IMG/VR virus record: IMGVR_UViG_3300020041_000005
Coordinates: 1-5,962 of that record
DNA: 5,962 nucleotides
Source: a virus
Strand: one strand, 5' to 3'
Below the pieces are notes generated by a model that saw only the letters and a list, made by a program, of their open reading frames with translations, was not told the DNA's origin and did no database searches. Shown one piece after another: positions 1 to 5,233 of the stretch; the stretch's first letter is position 1; every line of letters starts with the position of its first letter. The position numbers were made by a program, and so were the translations under genes.

Positions 1-114
1 TTATCTTGCCTCCTCCAACATCGCCGTTATACGCGAAAATTCGTATCTGCTGGCGTTGGTGATTTTCTTGGTTATATGCCTCGCCCTTCTGCTCGTGTTT
101 CGTCGTGGTCTTAT
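1..114. repeat. Terminal overlap copy 1 (identical to 5849..5962); circular-genome linearisation artefact
   Basis: Base-by-base comparison of ttatcttgcctcctccaacatcgccg...cgtcgtggtcttat at 1-114 and 5849-5962 shows 114/114 identity. Confidence 0.97.
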
Positions 115-456
115 TTTGATTTTGAGAAACGTGTCAATTATAACTACGCGATTCCTCGATATTACCTTAAGTACCTTAAATCGGAAGACGAGGTTATGCG
201 TTCGATTGCCGCTGCTGATGCTTATGCACATTTTAGCAAGTCTTCTCTGGTTAAGCGTATTGTGTCTTTGTGTGTTGAACGGTTCAATCTCCAATCCGCC
301 GTATCCCGTAGAGCGTCGTATGTGTGGGAACAAAAGCAAATAATGCGCTTTTCTGCGTCTTCTCGAAAGATGCCTGACTTTGACCCTCCTGCTTGGTTAG
401 ATTTAGATATTCTTCGCTTTTGGAGAGATCATTATAAACTTCAACTAATTATTTAA
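1..456 (+). CDS. VP4: Replication initiation protein VP4, C-terminal part (wraps from 5848 to 1; nt 1-114 duplicate 5849-5962); stop TAA 454-456
   Basis: 5849-5234 = 615 nt = 205 codons, so nt 1 starts codon 206 in the frame of the listed 76..456 ORF. There is no stop in that frame between nt 1 and 453. The joined product is 356 aa (205 + 151 codons, then stop). The listed 126-aa ORF starting at M76 is only the tail of this gene. Confidence 0.9.
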   Translation, partial: LSCLLQHRRYTRKFVSAGVGDFLGYMPRPSARVSSWSYFDFEKRVNYNYAIPRYYLKYLKSEDEVMRSIAAADAYAHFSKSSLVKRIVSLCVERFNLQSAVSRRASYVWEQKQIMRFSASSRKMPDFDPPAWLDLDILRFWRDHYKLQLII

Positions 457-459
457 TTT

Positions 460-2283
460 ATGGGAAGACAACCTTTTATTTCTCATGCCGTTAACGGCTA
501 TTCTCGTTATGATGTTCCAGAGAATAAGGCTTTTACGTGTACGCCGGGTATTTTGTATCCGGTGCGAATCGACTTTATCAATGCGCGAGACCGTGTGTCT
601 ATCGAACAAGGCCTTGACGTTCGCAGCAATCCCCTTGCTGTTCCGACGTTCAATCCTTATACTATTCGACTCCACCGTTTTTGGGTGCCGCTTCAGTTAT
701 ACCACCCCGAGCTTCGGACGAATACTAGTAAGTTCGACATGAATGATTTGAGTCTTAATTGGATTAATGCGGTTCCAGGAATTCCTTCGTCTGGTGTTAC
801 GCCCGCTGCTACTTCGACTTTTCCTAATTCACTTATGTATTGGCTGCGCGTGTCTAACCGTGCTGTTGATTATACTACGCCTGCTTCAACTTCCGGCATT
901 GTGCTACCCGCGAATGTTGTTGGAGGTGTTTGGTCTAACGCTGATACGTATCTTGCCTATTGGGATATCGTCCGGAATTATTATGGTTACTCGCAGTGGG
1001 GACTCTATTCCTTTGCTTGGCCCGCTTCTTGGTATTATACTGTAACAGGCCGTTCTACCTCTTCCAATGGCACCTACGTTTTCAATTCGTCTCCTTCGGA
1101 TTCATATTTTTGTCAACGTTATGGTAATCTTGAATTTCTTGATGCTTATTTCGAGAGTCAGTTTTACCCTGCAGCCGTAGCGTCTTCCAATAATACCTAT
1201 TGTCGTTCCGCTTTGCTTCGGCAGATCATCGCTTCCGACGTCGCTTCTACTGGTGCTGCCGCCGGTGCTTCCGGTAACGGCTATCCGGTTGCGTCTCAAC
1301 CGACCTCGCTTCAAATCTGGGGAAATTCAGCTCCTATCGACCAATTTAGTTCGCGCGACGATACGAAGGGTCTCGCTGAGCCTATTATTTTTAATCTTGC
1401 CCATCCTATGGCCGTCGTCCCGTCTAATCCTGATCGATTTAGTCGACTCCTTCCTATTGGTAGTAGCTCCGCCGTTTCGATGACTGGTGTTCAGACTATT
1501 CCGCAGTTGGCTATTGCTTCTCGTCTTCAGGAATACAAAGACCTGCTTGGCGCTGGAGGTAGCCGTTATAGTGACTGGCTGGAAACATTCTTTGCTTCAA
1601 AGATTGAACATGTCGATAGGCCTAAACTTCTTTTTAGTGCGTCGCAGACTGTTAATGTACAGATCGTTATGAATCAAGCAGGACAGAATAATCTTTCCGG
1701 CCTGTCGGGGAACGGCCCCCTTGGTCAGCAAGGCGGCGCCATCGCTTTTAATGATCGCCTCGGTCGTCGCCAATCTTATTATTTTCGCGAACCTGGTTAT
1801 CTGATTGATATGCTAAGCATTCGACCTGTTTATTACTGGTCGCAGATTAAGCCCGATTACTTGAATTATCGAGGCTCTGATTACTTCAATCCGATCTATA
1901 ATGATATAGGATATCAGAGTGTACCTAATTGGCGCTTTGGCAATCTTGTCGGCGGTGTTGTTGAAACGACTTTTTCGCAAGAGCCTTGCTTTAATGAGTT
2001 TCGGTCTTCTTATGATGAAGTTTTAGGTCAGATTTCCAGTACCGCTGGAAATGTTCGTGGTCGATCTCTTTATGCTTATTGGGTGCAGCAGCGTCATTTG
2101 AATTGGAGTTCTTATTGGCCCTCGAAGGCTGATTACGCGCCTGCCCTTTTTGTCGATTTGTCGCAGGTCAATTCTCCCTTCGCCTCTGACATGGAAGATA
2201 ATTTCTTCGTGAATATGTCTTATGCTGTTTATAAGAAGAACCTCATCAATAAAACTTTTGCAACCCGTTTGTCTAACCGTTAA
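460..2283 (+). CDS. VP1: Major capsid protein (Microviridae F / VP1 family)
   Basis: At 607 aa it is the longest ORF in the window. The N-terminal segment FTCTPGILYPVRIDFINARDRVSIEQGLDVRSNPLAVPTFNPYTIRLHRFWVPLQLY follows the F/VP1 N-terminal layout (G-x-L-x-P, acidic residue, R-x-x-P-L, then F-x-VP). The central block RLQEYKDLLGAGGSRYSDWLETFF...VDRPKLL (GSRY at nt 1558-1569) matches the conserved GSRY/...RP block I remember from gokushovirus and phiX174 capsid proteins. Downstream are GYLIDMLSIRPVYY and YWVQQR. It starts 3 nt after the Rep stop. Confidence 0.92.
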   Translation: MGRQPFISHAVNGYSRYDVPENKAFTCTPGILYPVRIDFINARDRVSIEQGLDVRSNPLAVPTFNPYTIRLHRFWVPLQLYHPELRTNTSKFDMNDLSLNWINAVPGIPSSGVTPAATSTFPNSLMYWLRVSNRAVDYTTPASTSGIVLPANVVGGVWSNADTYLAYWDIVRNYYGYSQWGLYSFAWPASWYYTVTGRSTSSNGTYVFNSSPSDSYFCQRYGNLEFLDAYFESQFYPAAVASSNNTYCRSALLRQIIASDVASTGAAAGASGNGYPVASQPTSLQIWGNSAPIDQFSSRDDTKGLAEPIIFNLAHPMAVVPSNPDRFSRLLPIGSSSAVSMTGVQTIPQLAIASRLQEYKDLLGAGGSRYSDWLETFFASKIEHVDRPKLLFSASQTVNVQIVMNQAGQNNLSGLSGNGPLGQQGGAIAFNDRLGRRQSYYFREPGYLIDMLSIRPVYYWSQIKPDYLNYRGSDYFNPIYNDIGYQSVPNWRFGNLVGGVVETTFSQEPCFNEFRSSYDEVLGQISSTAGNVRGRSLYAYWVQQRHLNWSSYWPSKADYAPALFVDLSQVNSPFASDMEDNFFVNMSYAVYKKNLINKTFATRLSNR

Positions 2284-2294
2284 TATTATATTTT

Positions 2295-2588
2295 ATGGCA
2301 TTGGATTGGATGATTGAAGATCGCGAAGAATATGTTTCTCGTGGTCAGCGTATTTTATCTGTTCTTGATGGTTCTGGCACCGTCGACGTTTTGCCCGGTC
2401 GTCCGGACGTGATGGTTGAGCCTTCTGATTTCGAGAAGGGAGAGAAGTTCGACCCTGATATCGGCTTTGACCCTAACTCGTTTTCCCGTATGGATAAGTT
2501 TGACGGACTCGAGGTTGGCCAGGAACTTATTGATTCAGAGATAGATAGATCGAAATCTGTTTCGAAAACCTCTAATTCTGAAGAATAA
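2295..2588 (+). CDS. Small acidic hypothetical protein (97 aa); possible internal scaffolding-type (VP3-like) protein
   Basis: The ATG lies 11 nt after the VP1 stop on the same strand. The protein is very Asp/Glu-rich (EDREEY, VEPSDFEKGEKFDPDIGFDPNSF, DGLEVGQELIDSEIDRS). It ends with tandem in-frame stops TAATAG (2586-2591). T-ending codon bias matches the neighbouring genes. The function is inferred only from charge, size and position. Confidence 0.6.
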   Translation: MALDWMIEDREEYVSRGQRILSVLDGSGTVDVLPGRPDVMVEPSDFEKGEKFDPDIGFDPNSFSRMDKFDGLEVGQELIDSEIDRSKSVSKTSNSEE

Positions 2589-2621
2589 TAGTATATCCTT
2601 TACTTGAAGATATATGTTACG

Positions 2622-2694
2622 TGCGCGGACCCCTCTGAGCAGAATGCTTGAATGGTTAGAGGTTATTGGTAGCGACTGCCGGAGAGGCCGCGCA
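2622..2694 (+). other. GC-clamped long-range stem enclosing a GAA-triloop hairpin; candidate terminator/attenuator or ssDNA structural element
   Basis: TGCGCGG (2622-2628) pairs with CCGCGCA (2688-2694) for 7 bp. After a bulged A2629, CC (2630-2631) pairs with GG (2686-2687), and CTC (2633-2635) pairs with GAG (2682-2684) across one C/A mismatch. Just inside is AGCA-GAA-TGCT (2638-2648). The 3' arm is followed by a T-rich tract, ttattctatcgttctttaaatttt. Confidence 0.45.
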
Positions 2695-2724
2695 TTATTC
2701 TATCGTTCTTTAAATTTTACTACC

Positions 2725-2916
2725 ATGTCTGATACTAAACAACCGTTCTATAAGTCGAAAGCCTTTTGGACACTTATTTCGTCCATAATTGCTGCTCTTT
2801 CGGCCTTTTTCCTTGCTTCGTGTTCTGCACAAGCCAAGGTTGCTCGAACAGGTGTTCACATTGATACTGTTCGCGTAGACTACATTATTCGTTCAAACAA
2901 CTTCACGCTTCCGTAA
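2725..2916 (+). CDS. Small predicted lipoprotein / membrane peptide (63-aa precursor, 31-aa mature part); the alternative upstream start at 2614 would give 100 aa
   Basis: From ATG 2725 the product is MSDTKQPFYKSKAF-WTLISSIIAALSAFF-LASC-SAQAKVARTGVHIDTVRVDYIIRSNNFTLP. It has a Lys-containing n-region, a roughly 17-aa hydrophobic core, and a lipobox L-A-S-C (nt 2812-2823) fitting [LVI][ASTVI][GAS]C. The stop TAA 2914-2916 is separated by one base from the VP2 ATG (TAATATG). The 37 codons upstream of Met38 overlap a strong GC-rich stem, so I favour the 2725 start. Confidence 0.6.
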   Translation: MSDTKQPFYKSKAFWTLISSIIAALSAFFLASCSAQAKVARTGVHIDTVRVDYIIRSNNFTLP

Positions 2917-2917
2917 T

Positions 2918-4282
2918 ATGAGACTTATTGATTTTAAGTCCTACGTCGACCCCGTTTCCACAGGTGCTATACTCGGTGCTGCAGGCCTTGTCGCTGGTGG
3001 TCAGGTCGCCTCTGGCCTTTTTAAGCCATCCCTTAAGAGACAATGGAAGTATCAGCAAAAGCAGATGAAACTGCAACAGCAGTACGCTCTTGAGCAGATG
3101 CAGAAGCAAGGTGAGATTAATTACGCCAATTGGCAAAAGCAGTTTGACTATGAGAATGCTTACAATGACCCTTCGAAAGTTTTCGACCGTTATCTCAAAG
3201 CCGGTGTTACGCCCGCGGCTGTTCTTGGCTCTTCAGGTGTTGGCATTAACGCTACTATGTCTGGCGGCTCCGCTGGCTCTGTAGGCGCTTCTGGCCCCTC
3301 TGGCGGTTCATTCGACTTCTCTAGCCCTCTGCCTCCTGGTGTCGGTTCTGCTGCTGCCCAATCTGCCCTTGATGCTATGGGTGTCAATTCAACTATTGAG
3401 CGCAATAAGGCAGCCGCGAATCGTGATGATGCTGAGGCTGCGAATATTCGCAGTAATACTTTTGAGCCTGAGTTTAATAAGGCACGTGCCGAAGCCTCTA
3501 AGGCCGTTGACGAGGCTCTCGCTAATAAGGAGATCGAGGCTGCCGCGGCTCTCAAGTCTGAGCGTCTTTTGAATGATCTTAATAATACGTTGCTGTCTCT
3601 TACGATGGATGCTCGTGCTGATGAAATTAAGGCGCTTGCTGATACTGCTAAAGAAGAATTAAGACAATTGCGCATCCAGGGTTCGCAAATCGAGCGTATG
3701 GTTAATGCTCGAATCCTCGTCCTTGAGACGCAAAGCGCTCTTAACGAGTCCCTTTCTGGCCTTACCGCTGCCAACGAGGAGGGGCAACGTATTGATAATC
3801 TTAATCTCGCTAACGAACTCTCTCGCCAATGGGACAAGCGTTTTGACGTTGAAATTCCTAATCCTGCTTATAATGCGAATTTGCGCTCTAAGAACCCTGT
3901 CCAGCGTGCTAATCCTGGTCCGAAGGCGTTCAAAGTTTCCATGTCTCTCAAGGACTTTTACGATAAGACCGCTATTAATCAGTCTAAGGCTTCTGAGTTC
4001 CTTCCTGAAGAGGCTCGTGTCGCTCTTCGAAATGCAAAGCTTGATCCTTATATTGAGATCGGTAAGGCACTTGTCGGTGTTGCTGGTAGTCTTGGTGGTG
4101 CCTCCATCGTTCGTGGTGGCATGACCAGCGTAGCCAAAGGCTTCACCCAAACCTCTATTGGCAGTTCTTCCTCTTCGTCCCGTACTACCATGTATGACAG
4201 CGAAGGTAACGTTAGAGGCTATGTACTGAAAGAGATGTCCGGCAGTTCTCATGGTTCTTCTTCTCGTCGTAACCAATATTGA
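2918..4282 (+). CDS. VP2: Minor capsid / DNA pilot protein (Microviridae VP2, phiX174 H-like)
   Basis: This 454-aa ORF has an N-terminal Gly/Ala-rich hydrophobic segment (VSTGAILGAAGLVAGGQVASGLF) followed by a Q/K-rich stretch. FDYENAYNDPSKVFDRYLKAGVTPAAVLG (nt 3152-3229) resembles the YN-P...R...AG-NP motif of gokusho-/alpavirus VP2 as I recall it. A Gly/Ser linker follows. About 150 aa rich in Ala/Glu/Leu/Asn/Arg are probably helical or coiled-coil (nt ~3380-3832). A second Gly-rich hydrophobic segment (IGKALVGVAGSLGGASIV) and a Ser-rich tail complete it. Size and position after VP1 fit a pilot protein. Confidence 0.8.
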   Translation: MRLIDFKSYVDPVSTGAILGAAGLVAGGQVASGLFKPSLKRQWKYQQKQMKLQQQYALEQMQKQGEINYANWQKQFDYENAYNDPSKVFDRYLKAGVTPAAVLGSSGVGINATMSGGSAGSVGASGPSGGSFDFSSPLPPGVGSAAAQSALDAMGVNSTIERNKAAANRDDAEAANIRSNTFEPEFNKARAEASKAVDEALANKEIEAAAALKSERLLNDLNNTLLSLTMDARADEIKALADTAKEELRQLRIQGSQIERMVNARILVLETQSALNESLSGLTAANEEGQRIDNLNLANELSRQWDKRFDVEIPNPAYNANLRSKNPVQRANPGPKAFKVSMSLKDFYDKTAINQSKASEFLPEEARVALRNAKLDPYIEIGKALVGVAGSLGGASIVRGGMTSVAKGFTQTSIGSSSSSSRTTMYDSEGNVRGYVLKEMSGSSHGSSSRRNQY

Positions 4283-4328
4283 ACAGTTTTGCTCCGATTT
4301 TGAACTTCCGTTTTATTCTCTTTCGTTG

Positions 4329-4336
4329 TATATTTG
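4329..4336 (+). promoter_or_regulatory. Candidate Bacteroidota-type -7 promoter box (TATATTTG, fits TAnnTTTG) upstream of ORF 4363
   Basis: There is an exact match to TAnnTTTG 26 nt upstream of ATG 4363, in the 80-nt VP2/ORF105 spacer. TTTG motifs at 4288-4291 and 4298-4301 lie farther than the canonical -33 spacing. Confidence 0.3.
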
Positions 4337-4362
4337 TACTGTAAACCAATAACCACATTATC

Positions 4363-4680
4363 ATGAAAAAACACAAAAGTCTTAAGGCTGACGAGTTGTT
4401 TGTTGATGTTCTAGATTATGCCTTCACTGAGTGGCTTGTTCGCCGTGAGTTGTTTGTTGCTTTTAGGTCAAATTTCGCTCGCACCTTCGTTTCTATGGGG
4501 TCATTTAGAGATCGTTTGCGCGACCACATTCGATACTCTCTTCTCGACCCTCAGCTTGGCCCGACATCCCTTATCTCTTCGGCTTTTCCGTTTGTTTCGA
4601 CGCCTGAAGGTTATGAATTCTGGCTCAAGCAGTCTTTAGCCTGGAGACGCTTTTACGATAAGTTTCAGAAAAAACATTAA
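4363..4680 (+). CDS. Hypothetical protein (105 aa), no family recognised
   Basis: The ATG-to-TAA ORF is co-oriented with the other genes, has the same T-ending codon bias, and follows an 80-nt intergenic spacer. The sequence is MKKHKSLKADELFVDVLDYAFTEWLVRREL...STPEGYEFWLKQSLAWRRFYDKFQKKH, Arg/Lys-rich at both ends. No motif I can name. Confidence 0.6.
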   Translation: MKKHKSLKADELFVDVLDYAFTEWLVRRELFVAFRSNFARTFVSMGSFRDRLRDHIRYSLLDPQLGPTSLISSAFPFVSTPEGYEFWLKQSLAWRRFYDKFQKKH

Positions 4681-4691
4681 ATTGTATTATT

Positions 4692-5015
4692 ATGACACAA
4701 ATTCACGTTGTTATTCGCCGAATTAATCCTGCCCTTAAGGTTGATTTTGTTCAGATAGGTTACATTAAGGATGGTCAGTTCGCCTCACTTCCTCTTGATA
4801 CTTTTGATCATACTCCTATTGTAGACTATGTCAATCATTCAACTATCTCTGATTCGCCTTATATTGATCATAGCGTTGTTTCTGCTCTCATAGAGGCTCT
4901 GATTGCGTATCCTGACTTTTCGGTCGAGTTTTTCGATAATACACTTGTTCTTATGTTTGATTTTAACCTTAATGCCGATGAAATCACGAAGGAAGAAAAA
5001 GGGAAAGGGAACTAA
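4692..5015 (+). CDS. Hypothetical acidic protein (107 aa), no family recognised
   Basis: The ATG lies 11 nt after the preceding stop and is co-oriented. The sequence is MTQIHVVIRRINPALKVDFVQIGYIKDGQF...FDFNLNADEITKEEKGKGN. It is the last ORF before the main non-coding region. The competing minus-strand ORF 4839..5246 is disfavoured. Confidence 0.55.
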   Translation: MTQIHVVIRRINPALKVDFVQIGYIKDGQFASLPLDTFDHTPIVDYVNHSTISDSPYIDHSVVSALIEALIAYPDFSVEFFDNTLVLMFDFNLNADEITKEEKGKGN

Positions 5016-5059
5016 GGTTGTTACCCGCCCGCTCGGTGGTAGAGTTCTTTGAATTAATT

Positions 5060-5124
5060 GAACCCCAGGGGACAGCCGAAGGCTGTGGCCACCGCGAAGC
5101 GGTAAGGTACCCCCCTGCGGGTTC
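5060..5124 (+). other. GC-rich three-way DNA/RNA secondary structure: a 12-bp stem enclosing two tandem GAA-triloop hairpins; candidate complementary-strand origin and/or terminator
   Basis: In the outer stem, GAACCCCAGGGG (5060-5071) pairs with CCCCTG-c-GGGTTC (5112-5124), giving 12 Watson-Crick pairs with one bulged C at 5118. Hairpin 1 is ACAGCC-GAA-GGCTGT (5072-5086; 6 bp). Hairpin 2 is ACCGC-GAA-GCGGT (5091-5103; 5 bp) and contains the exact heptamer GCGAAGC at 5094-5100. The element lies in the only long non-coding region (5016-5233), between the last ORF and rep, and is much more GC-rich than its surroundings. Confidence 0.6.
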
Positions 5125-5203
5125 TTCCATTTAACCCGTATATACCTTTTTTTATGGATTATTTCGATTTCTGCATTCGTTGTCGATTTGATTCTCTTGG
5201 TGT

Positions 5204-5211
5204 TAAATTTG
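5204..5211 (+). promoter_or_regulatory. Candidate Bacteroidota-type -7 promoter box (TAAATTTG, fits TAnnTTTG) upstream of rep
   Basis: There is an exact match to the TAnnTTTG consensus 22 nt upstream of ATG 5234 in an AT-rich spacer. A TTTG at 5187-5190 is only 13 nt upstream, closer than the expected -33 spacing, so only the -7 element is supported. Confidence 0.3.
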
Positions 5212-5233
5212 ATTGTCTTAAAAGTATTTTCTA

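Noticed and set aside
1-114. The 114-nt exact direct repeat at both window ends could be a biological terminal repeat, an LTR-like element or duplicated att sites of an integrated element.
   Set aside because: The Rep reading frame crosses the repeat seamlessly, and the sequence between the copies is exactly one self-sufficient microvirus genome with no flanking host genes. The simplest explanation is assembly or linearisation overlap of a circular molecule.
76-456. The listed 126-aa + strand ORF as an independent gene, or an internally initiated A*-like product.
   Set aside because: It is in frame with, and continuous with, the Rep ORF that starts at 5234. There is no stop between nt 1 and 75 in this frame. 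An A*-like internal start at Met76 is possible in principle, but nothing in the sequence supports it (no SD or promoter signal).
2614-2724. The N-terminal 37 codons of the listed 100-aa ORF (start at ATG 2614) as genuine coding sequence.
   Set aside because: Not excluded, but this segment coincides with the strong 2622-2694 stem. It is Arg-rich with no motif, and Met38 gives a canonical lipoprotein signal peptide by itself. I kept 2725 as the preferred start and flagged the ambiguity.
3190-4276. Two long minus-strand ORFs (3190..3837, 215 aa; 3659..4276, 205 aa) antisense to VP2.
   Set aside because: They lie wholly inside VP2, which has recognisable motifs. Their products are low-complexity Arg/Ser/Ala/Leu strings, as expected from reading GCT/GCC/TCT/AAG-rich codons backwards. 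Microviruses transcribe only one strand.
485-4639. Other short same-strand alternative-frame ORFs (485..742, 1253..1483, 1487..1672, 3090..3284, 3339..3572, 4418..4639).
   Set aside because: They are compositional by-products of a T-rich strand (Leu/Phe/Arg/Ser-rich peptides) with no start context or motif. Only the longest or most TM-like examples were kept, as one low-interest finding.
5016-5140. A tRNA or tRNA-like gene in the GC-rich intergenic segment (the GGGTTC...AACCC segment superficially recalls a T-arm).
   Set aside because: No cloverleaf can be drawn. There are only two internal arms, both with 3-nt GAA loops. There is no 7-nt anticodon loop, no GTTCGAAT-type T-loop (the GGGTT/AACCC option has a 9-nt loop) and no acceptor stem with a discriminator/CCA context.
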